DNA of 63,119 nt, filler included, from Reclinomonas americana ATCC 50394 (taxonomy: Eukaryota), in assembly GCA_048213135.1 (NCBI GenBank). It is 13 parts of 13 records of this genome, joined end to end, with 100 filler letters (N's around TTAATTAATTAA, not from the genome) between each part and the next. Parts side by side here need not be neighbours in the genome. Positions count along the whole stretch, not along the records: positions 24,295 to 26,683 come from AFZH01019030.1; positions 26,784 to 29,238 come from AFZH01019031.1; positions 29,339 to 36,613 come from AFZH01019032.1; 10 more parts are not named here. One strand, given 5' to 3'. Every line of letters starts with the position of its first letter. The first letter of the stretch is position 1. The notes under the pieces were generated by a model that was not told where the DNA came from, did no database searches, and saw only the letters and a program-made list of their open reading frames with translations. Below, piece after piece: positions 24,466-36,508 of this stretch. A program made the position numbers and the translations under genes.

Positions 24466-25995
24466 TGTCACTCGCACCAGTGATCGACACCGGCGACACC
24501 GTCACATTTCGATGGCCTGTGAGTGACAGCGCCTCACAGTCCTCCTCCGTGCTGGTCACTGGCAGCTGGGATCGATGGTCGTCGCGAGTGCCACTCGATC
24601 GACGAGTGACAGTCACTGCCTTGTCGGAGGCACACACAACAACACCAAGTGATTGGTGGGAGGCGAGAGTATTCATCCCCTCGGATGTGGTGCAGATCGA
24701 GTACAAGGTGAGCGGGGAGAGTTAGTGAGAATGAGAGAGAGTGTGTGTGGCAGAGAGAGAGCAAGCAAGGACATTTTTGGCTTCTGTCATCGTTTCCCAT
24801 CGTCATCCCTCATGTGTTCACTTTGTGTTTCCACACACACATCGACACGCACGTACACACACACACACGTGAGCATCGCGCCTTTTGTTGCTGATCGAAT
24901 ATTCGCATCTTCTTCCCTTGCAGTTCATTGTCAATGGCATTTGGTTGTTGGATCCGGCGGCGCCGACGGTGACTGCGCCCGAGGGCTACATCAACAACGT
25001 GCTGCAGCTGGAGGATATGGTGGCGCGACGCATTCGTGAGGCGCAGGCACGTGAGCGGCAACGACGGGAGGAGGAGCTGAAGGAGAAGGAGAAGCAGGAT
25101 CGACAGGTACGTGCGCGGAGGTCGGGCGCTGTTTTTTGCTCTCCACTGCGCGTGACTCATTGCGTGTTTTGGCAGCCGTGGCGATGCAGGTGCTGTGCTA
25201 GTCAGCGTCGCAGAGACTCCCCGCCGTGCGCTTACCTGTGTTTGTGTGGGGTGCGCAGGAATTGCTGGGGCACAGTGTCAAATCTCACTCCGGGTCCTTG
25301 TCGGTTCCATCCAGTTGCGAGTCTGAATCTACGTCCACTGCTCTGCGTGCGTTTCTCATCCCCCATTTTCCTCGATGCACAGGGCCGGGTGTGTGCTCTT
25401 TGGTGCTATTGTTGTCGAATCATCTGTGCGACCCACTGACATGCATTCCATTTTTGTTCCCTTGCTGTCTCGGTGGATTCACGGACACAGTGTGTGAGTT
25501 GTCGTTGTCTAGCCTTGTGTGCCTCTGTTCTTTCGCACTGACGTGCTGTTCTTGCTCGCAGATTGTGCGTTATCAAGCGTCTTGCAAATGTTGTTGTTGT
25601 TGTTGTCGGTGTTCCATTCTGACACATCTGCGTTCCATCTCTTGTCGACGCGCGATCCGCTGTGCAGGGAGTGCGTTGTTTTCGTGTTCCTTTGTGATTC
25701 TGTGCCATTGTGTTGCTGCTCACATGCTTCGTGTTTGCGCAGAGAGTTGTGTGCCTGGATGCCGTGTGCGTGTGTGGTGCATGTTGACTCACTTTGCATT
25801 TCCCGTGTTCCCGTGCCGCACGACAACTCAAACAGCGAGTTGCGTCTGGAGCGCGCTCACGTGATTGCGCACTGTCAGCGGCTAAACTGTGCGTGTATGT
25901 GTGTGCGTCATGTGCAGTGGGCCTGTTGCGGATCCGATCCAGAGGCGACCGGCTGCAAGTTTACTCAATTCCACGAGCGTGAAACCCCGGACTAA
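24466..25995 (+). CDS. CBM48 (AMPK-beta-type glycogen-binding) domain + charged coil + Btk/CHORD-like zinc finger; 5' end unresolved
   Basis: CBM48-like VTFRWP...VLVTGSWDRWS...EYKFIVNGIWLLDPAAPTVTAPEGYINNVL. The C-terminus WRCRNCW...CRFHPGRCIGRRWACCGSDPEATGCKFTQFH is reconstructed through microexons. Confidence 0.8.
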
Positions 25996-26496
25996 ACCGC
26001 CTCGCCCTCTCCTCTCACGACTCTCTAGACGTGAGTGCACATGCTGTGCCATTGCTGCCTCGCAACATGCGACCTCACTCCCTCTCCTATGCAGTCAAGG
26101 CGCGGCGGCGCGAAATCTCTGTGGTGCGGTTCTGCTGCCTTGAAACGTTCAGGGTGGAAATAGTCTGCTGATCTCCATGTGTGTCGCAGTTGAATGTTGT
26201 TGTTTCTTACTCGTGTATGGTTTAATCCCGTCATCTTAACTCCACTCTGGAATCAATGGTGCGTCGCGTTTGCTTGCACGAGTCCGCGTTGTTGGTTCTG
26301 TTGCTCACAAATCGTTCTTCGCAGAACTGATTGTGTTTTGTTGCATCCGTCGGTCTTGCATTTTGGTTGCCTGATCTTGATGTCTGCTGCTGCTGCTGCT
26401 CACTCTGCCATCTGCCTCGCTCCCTTCCTTCGTGCTGTTGCTTGTCCCCTTGGTGACCTAGTTCGTCCCCTCTGTTCACTTCCCTCTTCTCCCTTT

Positions 26497-26590
26497 GTGC
26501 ACTTGCTCGTCCCTGCTTTGTGCTCTTGCTCGTCCCTGCTTTGTGCTCTTGCTCGTCCCTCCTTTGCGCTCTTGCTCATCCCCTCCTTCA
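26497..26590. repeat. 23-bp tandem minisatellite x~4
   Basis: The unit tgctcttgctcgtccctgctttg repeats with slight degeneration. Confidence 0.85.
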
Positions 26591-26783
26591 GGTCCCGATT
26601 CTCATACATACAAACAATGCGTCGGGGCCACTTCATTCAAAATTGGTGTTTCCTTTTGTGTCGCGCCAGAGTGGCTCCCACTTNNNNNNNNNNNNNNNNN
26701 NNNNNNNNNNNNNNNNNNNNNNNNNNNTTAATTAATTAANNNNNNNNNNNNNNNNNNNNNNNNNNNNNNNNNNNNNNNNNNNN

Positions 26784-26801
26784 AAAGAGGATCTTGGACA
26801 T
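26784..26801 (-). CDS. Start (MSKILF...) of a second copy of the secreted Cys-rich protein gene, running into the gap
   Basis: The minus strand reads ATGTCCAAGATCCTCTTT, identical to 36491-36508. Confidence 0.6.
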
Positions 26802-26921
26802 TTTGGGGAGGTGGTCTGCTCTCTCGAGGTGAGTGAGAAAGATATGAATAATGCTCGTGGCCTCGGAATCCCCGCCAAAGTGCGGCGCGGAGCCGCTGGC
26901 CGGAAAAATTACACCACCTGG

Positions 26922-26931
26922 CCAAATATGG
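26922..26931. promoter_or_regulatory. CArG box (CC[A/T]6GG), putative SRF/MADS site
   Basis: CCAAATATGG lies about 120 bp upstream of the ATG at 26801 (-). Confidence 0.45.
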
Positions 26932-28285
26932 GGTGGGGAAAAACATGGCTACGCTTGCCAAAAACGCCAACGCATCGAATCACTATTTTGGCGAGTTCTC
27001 TCTCGTGCGACGCAGCAGTGCTGCGCGCGGCTGCGAGCTTTGAGTTTCTCTGCCAAACAGCTTCGCGAACAAGATCCTCCGGAAAGAGGGATATCAATCA
27101 CCATCATCATCAGAGGTACACTCGATTGGTTGTGCGTCCTGCTTTCGCCGTATCGCAAGCAGGCAGACAGGTCTCTCTCTTCTTTCTGTCTGTGCGCCAC
27201 CTCTCACGTCGTTGCGTCGCGTTGCAGCAGTGGCGAATCGCACCTTGGAGCCGCGAGCTCATGATCAATTTTTCCGATCGCGTCATCAAACTTGCTGAAT
27301 TTGGTGAGCCCCTCTTATGGATGTGGCCAAACGCAGCGAGTGTGTCGAGGGCGCTTGTTGGTTGCACCGGCGCCTGTACAGTATGCCATCATTCTCCCGA
27401 CCTCCTTCGGGGATGATCAGCTGCGGCAGAACACAAGGGCAGAGCATCGAGCGAGGGTGCTTGTTGGTTGCACCGGTGACTGTACAGTATGCCATTATTC
27501 TCCCGACCTCCTTCGCGGATGATCAGCTGCGGCTTGCACAACCCTCTGCATGCTTTGTGTGCTGTCACTGCCACACAAGGGCAGAGCATCGAGCGAGAGT
27601 GCTCGATTGGATGCACGCCAGCATAGTATACCACCGTCTCGTGGATGATCAGTTGGAGCTTGCACAACCCTCTCCATGCTGTCACTGCCACCATTGAAGC
27701 GACTGTGACGACGCTACCTACATCACAACAACAGAAGGGCAAAGCATCGAGTGTCGAGGGTGCAGCCTGCATGGTCGTTCCTTGACGTCCCAGTCGCGAT
27801 CGCCAGCTTGTGCACCAGGAGAGTGACATATAGACAGACAGACAGAGAGAGTGAGAGAGTGTGTGTGTGTGAGTGAGAGAGAGAGAGAGAGAGACAGAAA
27901 GACATGAGTGTGAGATCGGATCATGAGTGAGATCCGAGAAGCATTCCCCGACTCCTTTCCGTGCTCTTAAAAGCACCTTTGCTGCACCCACTGACCCTGT
28001 CCACCCTCCTTGATCCACAATCTCCAACCCCACCTCCACCTCTCTTCTCCTCGTCGCGCCCGCGTGCATATTAACAAGGCACCCTCTCCCTGCGCGATTG
28101 CTTCGTTGTGCCAGACCGCACAGCCAGCATCATTGCCTGTCCGCCGCTGGCGAAACAGCAATCACCCAGCGTGCTGCGTGCGTGCGCGTTTAGTTCATCG
28201 TTGTGTCAGCAGTGTGATCGCGCGCCAAATTTCATTCCGCACACACACTCTCTCTCTCTCTCTCTCGTTCTGCGATCGCACCGCC

Positions 28286-31200
28286 ATGCAGTCGACATGC
28301 GTTGTCGGCTGGGGTCGCAATGCACAGCACCAGGTACGCTGCGCGAGCGATACAACTCACACCACATGCCACTGATCACCTTGTGCATCGCGCCAGTTGT
28401 CTCTCGCCGACGACGACCACCACCAAGAGATCCTGTCGCCGACGGTCATTGTCGCGCAGTCACAACGCACGCTACAGGCAGTGTCCTGCGGGCGAGAGCA
28501 CACGGTTCTCTTGTATGGTGAGGCGATTGATCGCTGTATATACATCGTCGCTGGGATCGCAGCGATCACTCGCTGACCTACTCGCGCACGCAAAGACGAC
28601 GGCGAGTTGGTTGTTCATGGACGCCTGTTGCGTCACGAGGCAGGTATACTGCCGGGCGTGTGGAGTGTGCCGATGCAGAGTGGCCTCCGCCTGCAGGCTG
28701 TGGCATCGGGCGACACTCACTTGATTGCGTTGTCTGGTGTGTTGATCACGCTCCCTCTGCCACTGGAAGGGCGTAGCTGACGCCTGCTGCAGACAACAAT
28801 GTGGTGTACTCGCTTGGTACGGGCGATGTCCTTGGGCGGCAAAGCACGCCACCGGCAGCTGGATTGGACAGTCGGTGTGCTGTGCGTGGTCTGGAACATG
28901 AGTCGATCGTGCAGGTGAGTGTGGTCGGAGAAAGAGAAATGGAGGAAGCGCATGTACTGATGGCGTGGATGCAGGTTGCCGCTGGGGCGCATCACTCGCT
29001 CGCGTTGACAACCACTGGCCGCGTCTATAGCTGGGGGAAAGGTACGGAATCTGCGTATGTGGTCGTGCAAGCCGTGATGTGCCAACGCGGGAGACATGCA
29101 GGCAACTTTGGTGCTCTCGGGCTCAACGAAAGCACCCTATCGGTGACCACCGCCACTCTTGTCGCCACTCTGCGGCATGTTGTGCGTTTTATTGATGCTG
29201 GAGGTAAGTGGTCGCTGTTCTTCATGACCTTACTTTGCNNNNNNNNNNNNNNNNNNNNNNNNNNNNNNNNNNNNNNNNNNNNTTAATTAATTAANNNNNN
29301 NNNNNNNNNNNNNNNNNNNNNNNNNNNNNNNNNNNNNNATTTTGATGTGTCGCGACAGCGGACGACGGCCTGTTGTATTCATTCGGCGATGGATTCCTGG
29401 GCGACGGCAGTCCGCTTGGCGGCTCCACCCACCCATTAGTCGTGTTGCACGACCTCGAATCGTTTGCAGTGACGGATGTGGCCTGCGGCTGGCAGCATAC
29501 GGCCGTGTTGGGTGTGTGCCATTTTTCTCCCTCATCTACTTCCCGTCCAGCCGTTCACTCACTTGCACCGTCTGCATCGTCGGCGTTCACTCTCACAGGC
29601 TCATGGGTCGCTGACGTAGCCTCACGAGACAGTGCATCATTACGTGCATCGCAGCATTTCCTACGCAACACCCGAGGCGACACGTTGAGCATGTCGCGGT
29701 GAGCACTTCCCTTCCCGGTCGATCGTTGCCGCCACACTGCCGAGCTCACTCCCTCGTTTCACGCGCAGCTCTTCATCATCCGCCCGCGCGCTGGCAACGG
29801 CAGCGAGCGACGGATCCGCCGCCGCCGCACGCTTCCGTGACCCAGTTGTGGCCAGCATCGAGAAGCGGACGTTTGTCAGCGATGTGTGGGGCCAGTTTCA
29901 CGAGTTGCACGACGTCCTCTCCAACTACGCCAAGGCTCTCATTCAACAGGAGCGCGACCATCCGGACCGAGTGGCGGCGCTTCTCCGCATCGCGCAACTC
30001 GAAAAATCAATGTTGGAAGGTCAGCTATTGATATGGCACTGAGATCGCTCTCCCTTTTATTCACACTCATCTGTGCGCAACAGGCCATGCACTCACCGAC
30101 GATGAGCTGGTGGAAATCAATCGTCTGCGCTCCATGGTCAATCTGTCGAGTTCGGCCTCGCTGCTGAACAACACTGTGCGCTTCAATCGCCCGCCACCAC
30201 CGCAGCAGCAGCAGGCGCGGCGTGCATCAATATCGATGACCGACGCGGCCTTGGCGCCGGCACCCATCTCGAGCGAGAGCCCACGTGATGTGCCGATGGC
30301 AGCGCGTCCCGCCATGCGACTGTCCATGTTGTCAAGTTGCGTCTCCCGTGCACCCTCGTGTTCACAAATCAGTCAGTGCTCACTGCATCTCCTGCATGCA
30401 GATGGCCACCCACCGTCCATGGAGGACGAAGTCGAGCAGTCGTTGCAGCGTTGCGTTGTTGGTCTGTCGCCACCCAGTTTGTTCACAAACATACTTACTT
30501 GTCGCTGTCGGCAGGCATGCATGATCTCACTCTCGAGCTGAGCGACATTCAGAACTCCATCCCAGCACCGCCGCCCTTGATGCTCAGCGGCAAGGTGTGT
30601 TGGCATGTCAATTGTGGGCTTGCGCTGTACGCCTATGCTCACTGTTGCTCGTAGGCCATGAGAGGAGCATCCGGGAGCCTGCTGCCGAATTCGTGGCAGG
30701 TGCGTGTGTTCCACATCCCGACTTCAGTGGAGTCGACTGTCGCTGAAAAATCTCGTCTTGCTCTGCCACAGGCAGCTGTTCAAGACCTCACGCGAGCATT
30801 CTCCGGTCTCGTCAAGAGCTGCAGCGGTGTGGGCGAGTTCCGCGACCGTGCTGGAGATCGTCTGGTGCTGTGGACCTCACTCAACGCACACGACGTGGAG
30901 ACTGAAGTCGAGGCCATTGGCGTGCTAGTCAATGTGGCCAGTGCGTGTGAGCTCATGCGCATCGTTGTCGACCGTCTCTGTTGCGTACTCTTTTTCGGGG
31001 CCACGGTAGTTGCATCTTGATATGTTCGTGTATACGTGATGTCGTTCTTGGTTTTCGACTTGCCCTTTGTTTTGTGTCCCTCCCTCATGCCTCTCTTCTC
31101 ACCCCCGCCTCTCCCCTGTAGGCCACACCACAAGCATCCAGTTTGACCAGGTTGCCGACCTGCAGAGTGCGTTGGACGCACAACGCCAGGCGTACCGCGT

Positions 31201-34200
31201 GGCGACTGAGAATGCTGCACAGCTGGCACGTGATTTCTTCGCACTCGCTTGCATTCATGTACTTCTTGTCGTCTGATCGTGGTGCCCTTCTCGCCGCCGC
31301 GCAGAGTCAGCAAACCGCCTCACTACAAATGCTGCTCAGCGAGGCCAAGCGACACAACGCGGCGCTCGACCAGCGACTAACCGAACTGGAGGAACGCAAC
31401 ATGCGGCTGCGTGACGCAGAAGATGAGCGCGCTGTCATGGAGGAGCGACTGCGTCTGGTGGAATCGCAGCTGCAGCGCGAATTCACCGACCGGGCGCGCG
31501 CAGAGGAGCAAGTGACGGAGCTCCACGAGACTTTGTCGTCGTATGAGAGGTTACTTCGAGGAGAAAGAATGGCGGTTGTTTGCAGTTGGTTCTAACGTAT
31601 GTGTGTCTGCTCCGCAGACAAATCGAGTCGCTGGAGGGTCGCCTGGAGACTCTGCTACAGGAGCGCAGCACGTTTGACACGCGCGATGCGAGTCAGCAGT
31701 CTGAGCTGCGGCGACTGGGTCAGGAGTGCGATCGATTGTACCAAGAGCGTTACGTCGTACGCAGCCGCTGTCGCTCCGTCTTTTCCCCTCTCCCTCCTTC
31801 CTCTCACTCCACCGCACAGTTGTGGATCTACGTGAGGAGCATGCTGGAGAGCATGAGGTGTGGACGCGGTACACTCGACGCAGCATTGAGACCTCGCTGG
31901 AGCTCGGCTTGCAGTGCGAAGATCTTCGTGCACAGCAGTACGAGCTGGAGCAGCAATTCGACCGCGCCCATGCCGAGTGGTCCCACAGCCATGTGCAACT
32001 CGCGCGGCAGCTTGAGCAGCGCGAGGCGGCGCTGGCCGATGTTGATGGTGGCCGTCGTCAGATGGCCGACATGTTGTCGGAGGTTAGCCGCACACTCGAG
32101 CAGCGTGAGTATCGCCGAGCGGAAAGCGAGCGAATGTTGGAGGAGTGTCGACGCGAACGTGACGAGCTGCGTCTTGAGCTGGAGACCACGAGGTTTGGGC
32201 AGATTGTTGTGCGGAATGAGAAGAAGTATCATCGATTCATTTGTGTGTGTGTGCAAACAATAGCGCGCAAGCACAACTGAAGCACTCGGAACTGGTGGTC
32301 ATTGCTGCGCAACTGGAGGAACTTCGTGATCGGCAGTCGGTGCAGGCGGCCACGAAAGAGCTGACATCAGTTGTGGGAAGGGTACGCGTCACACGCACGT
32401 ACACACTGCCGCGCCGACAATTGCCTTCATTAGCTGATCGTGGAGAGAGCCTCACAGGAAGTCGACGCTCTGCACCGACGCACCACTACGATACTCGAAT
32501 CCTGTGTCGACTTGCTGCATGTTGATATTGATGGTGTGATGCATGACCCGTGTTGAGTGGTTGCGTTGGTGATCTCACCACTCTGCATGTACTGCAGAGA
32601 TTGCGCACATGTCTCTTGACCAGCATCTGGAGCACATGAGTCGCATCATACAGGGAGCCGCATCACTGCAGAACAGTCGTGCGCAGCTGCAATCGCAACT
32701 CGGTATAGTGCAGGCTGGTGTCTTTATTGCTTGCTGGCGCTGACGCAGACTGCACGCAGAGGAACTCACCAGCCAGTTGCAACACGCCGACTCGGAACGC
32801 CAGCGCCTGACAGCAAACACCGAGAATCTGCATGTCTCTATCCAGCAGCTGGGAGCGACGGTTGAGAACTGTTATGTGCTCTCGTGCTGTCTTCATTCCT
32901 CACGCACTTCCACGCTTTCGCATGCACTTATTCGGCGCATAACAGTGACTCTGCAAGTCAACAACAAGGACGACGAGCTGTCCAGGATTCGAGCCGATCT
33001 GGAGGCAGCACAGGGGGAGATCGATTATCTGCGAAGTGAGCAGCACGCTCGTGCCGCGGTCGCCTCCCCTCATTCCACCTCGTCGCGCCACCCGTCGTTG
33101 TCCGACAGTGCTCTCTCGGATACACACGAGCTGCGAGTGCAGCTGGAAAGCGAGCAACTGCGAGCGGATCGCTTGGCGCGCCGCGTGGATCACTTGACCT
33201 TGCTGCTGGACGAGAAGCACGACGGCCATGACGGGAGTGATCGGCGAGCCGTCGACTCCGAGTCGCAGGTCCGCCAACTGTGGCAGCAACTGGACGCACT
33301 CAGTGAGCGCAATCGACAGCTGCAGCGCGAACTGGACTTGCGCCCGTTGACCACGAACCGATCCGCTGCACGAGAGGTGTGTGGAGGCAAGCAGCTCGGT
33401 AGTGGAGAGCTGTGAGCTGTTGCTGATTGTTTTTTCACTCGTAGGAGGGGCACGGTGCAGCGTCAGGTGACTTGGAGGCACTCGAGCGGCGAGTGGCCGA
33501 GTTGCTGCGCGATCACAGCATGTTTGGACGCGAGCGTGCCGCATTGGAGGTGCAGCTGGCAAATGAGCGCTCACAATGTGAGAAGATGGAGGACCACGTG
33601 CGTGGGCTTAATGCGCGAATCGAGAAACTCACGCACGAGCTGGAGGTCTGCATGGTGCCCGACAGTGTGCTGATGTGAAGCAATAGACTGAGCGCCTCTC
33701 TCGTGTCAGGTGGAACGAGAGCAGTCGACAGTCATGCAGCGCCGTGCGCAGCATGCCGACGACGGCAGGCAGGCGGTGCAAGAGGAGCGCAGTCGAGCCG
33801 ATCGGCTGGCGCGTGAAGCCGATCGACTCACTGCGCAGGTCGAAGCGCTGAGGGCGCAACTCGACGACTGCCGCCGCGATCTGACGCAGGTCGAGGAGCG
33901 CGAGACGCAAGCACGACGAGCGCATGAGGAGGAAAAGGCTCGAAACGAGCGAGCACGTGAGCAGCTGCAGATGCACGTGCAAAAGGTGGCCACTCTGGAG
34001 CACATGGAGGAGGTGAGACAGCAAAACTCGTCGCCAGAATCCGTTGTAGGCGAGTGCTCAACGACTGTGTTGTTGTACAGTCGGCAGCACGCTCCGAGCG
34101 ACGGCTGCGCGAGGTACAGACGCAGTTGGATGAGACGGTGGCGGTGAATCGGAAACTGCAGACCGTGCAGTCACAGCTGGAGCGCGAGGTCGAAAGTGGT

Positions 34201-35628
34201 CGACATCGTGCCGACTCGCTGCAGGATGAGCTCGGACGAGTGACGTCGCTGCTCGAGCAGCAGGCCGTGGTGCAGGAGGTGTGTACGTGCCTGCTGCGTT
34301 TGTGCTGCGCGTTTGCACTCACTTGTGGTGAAAGGCGGAGCAACGTCGGCTGTTGGAGCGCCTGGACAAGGTCACACGGGAGGTGACGAGCGTGAACCAG
34401 GAACTGGACGGAGTGCGCGACGAGAATCGCAGGGTTTGTGCAAGTTGTCGTCGCCTCCATAATGCAGACCCACTCACACGTCTCCGTTCCGCGACAGCTA
34501 TCGCTCCACGCGGCCGAGTTGGAGGCGGTGCTCCAAGAAACCCAGAGGCGAGCCAAGGAGGCCGCTGAAGTGGCGTTGCGCGAATCACGTCGAAACGACC
34601 AGTCAAGGTTGGCCTCACGCATGTTGTTGTGATCTTGGACGTGTCGCGTTCACTCAGTTGTGTGTGTGCGTATGTGCAGTGTCATTCAGCGCCTCCGCGA
34701 CGACTTGCGAGTCTCTCAAGACGCGCGCCGGGAGACTGCGGCTGTGGCGCACGCGCTGCACTCGTTTGTGTGTGCTGTGGATGAGGCGTGCGACGAGTCG
34801 AACCCGTCGTTGAGTGGTCGCACGCGCATGTTGGAGTCGCGTGATCCTTTCGTCGACAGCGAAGGGCGCCAGCTGCCCGATCGGTCGGCCTTGTTGCGTG
34901 TGTTCTCGCGAGTGCGCGTGCAAGTACTGAAGTGGGGTGCGTCTGCTTTCCGTGCATCGCTGGCTATTTGACTGCGCCACTCATCCTTCCATTACTTGCA
35001 GCGATGCTCTCACCGGTGGCTGGTGCGACGTCTCGTGCCTTTCATCCTGCATGTTCGTCACAGCTCTCACTGGTGTGTACACAGGCTCGCCACAGGGACC
35101 TGTGCAGGAGAGAATACGAGCCAGCGAAGAGGCAGTGGTGAGTCGTCGGCGTGGCTGTGGCCGGTGCGAGTGCACGTGTGTCATTATGTCAGTGTGCAGG
35201 CACAACGTGAGCGCGAACTCGGTCTCCTGCGGCGCGAGCTGAAGGACCTGTGTCACATTTTCTTGCTGGTGATGCCACTGTTGCAAAAGAGTGCCATGTT
35301 TGCCGACGCTGCGGGCCAGCAAACACTGCAAGATATTGGTCGACGCTTTGCCGAGCTGTCGCCCACCAGTGCGCCGCTCACCGTCGCCATGTCGTCGCCG
35401 ACTTCCACCGTCACGACTGATCTCATACGACGCGCGTCGTCGCTGGCCGGATCGTCGGCAGGATCGGGTACACCACTACCACCACGTGCTCCCTCCTCGT
35501 CCTCGCGAGCGAATTCCAGGTCGCCAACGCGACCGCCAGTGCGCTTGTCTTCAACGGCGATCAGCGCCGCCACGCCGTCATCGCGATCGTCGAGAAGTGA
35601 GTCCACCACCATTTTACGGCCCGAATGA
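28286..35628 (+). CDS. RCC1/BLIP-II repeat protein with long C-terminal coiled coil and Ser-rich tail (multi-exon; spans the gap at 29239)
   Basis: RCC1-type motifs VVGWGRNAQHQ, CGREHT, QVAAGAHHSLALTTTGRVYSWGKGNFGALGL and VYSFGDGFLGDG...DVACGWQHTAVL. E/R/Q-rich heptad exons follow, ending STTILRPE*. Confidence 0.8.
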
Positions 35629-35660
35629 AAACGAATTCGAGGTGCGACACTCTGCTCTTG

Positions 35661-36508
35661 GCGTCGTCACATCTGCTTCCGTGATGGCAGTGACAGCACA
35701 CAAAGCGTGCAGTGGGTTGTGCAAGCCGCAGCTGATCATCCACGAGACGGTGGTGGGGAGAATGGCATGGATATGCTGCGTGCAACCAATCGAGCACTCT
35801 CGCTCGATGCTCTGCCCTTGTGTGGCACACAAAGCATGCAGTGGGTTGTGCAAGCCGCAGTTGGTCATCCGCGAAGGAGGTCGGAAGAATGATGGAATAC
35901 AGGCTCTCGACACTCGACACTACACTCGCTGCGTTTGGCCACATCCATAAAAGGGGCTCACCAAATCCAGCAAGTTTGATGACGTCGACGCGATCGGAAA
36001 AATTGATCATGAGCTCGCGGCTCCAAGGTGCGATTCGCCACTGCTGCAACGCGGCACAACGACGTGAGAGGTGGCGCACAGACAGAAAGAAGAGAGTGAC
36101 CTGTCTGTCTGCCTGCCTGCCTGCTTGCGATACGGCGAAAGCAGGACGCACAACCAATCGAGTGTGTACCTCTGATGATGACGGTGATTGATTAATCGAT
36201 TTCCCTCTTCCGGAGGATGATCTCGTTCGCGAAGCTGTTTCGCAGAGAAACTCAAAGCTCGCAGCCGCGCGCAGCACTGCTGCGTCGCTTGGCGAAGGAG
36301 AAACCTCGCCATTTCGATGCGTTGGCGTTTTTGGCAAGCGTAGCCATGTTTTTCCCCACCCCATATTTGGCCAGGTGGTGTAATTTTTCCGGCCAGCGGC
36401 TCCGCGCCGCACTTTGGCGGGGATTCCGAGGCCACGAGCATTATTCATATCTTTCTCACTCACCTCGAGAGAGCAGACCACCTCCCCAAAATGTCCAAGA
36501 TCCTCTTT
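35661..36508 (+). repeat. Right arm of the long inverted duplication (partner 26784-27714)
   Basis: Near-identical reverse complement of the left arm. The ATG-proximal ~195 bp appear identical; the distal part has indels and a different number of internal repeat units. Confidence 0.95.
36361..36370. promoter_or_regulatory. CArG box CCATATTTGG, putative SRF/MADS site
   Basis: Perfect CC(A/T)6GG about 120 bp upstream of the ATG at 36491. Confidence 0.45.

Larger units (their letters stand above)
26784..27714 (-). repeat. Left arm of a long inverted duplication (partner 35661-36508)
   Basis: Reverse complement of 35661-36508. The ORF track gives identical peptides from both arms (e.g. 26811+ and 35561- both begin MVCSLEVSEKDMNNARG). 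Confidence 0.95.

Noticed and set aside
26811..27416. 201-aa and 306-aa ORFs shared by the inverted-repeat arms
   Set aside because: They are identical only because of the DNA duplication. Indels differ between arms and no domain is recognisable. The credible CDS is the outward-facing signal-peptide ORF.
26784..36508. Inverted repeats as terminal repeats of a DNA transposon (Mutator/foldback/Polinton)
   Set aside because: No transposase or integrase lies inside, the arms run into a coding start, and no TSD can be seen because the outer ends fall in gaps. Not fully excluded.
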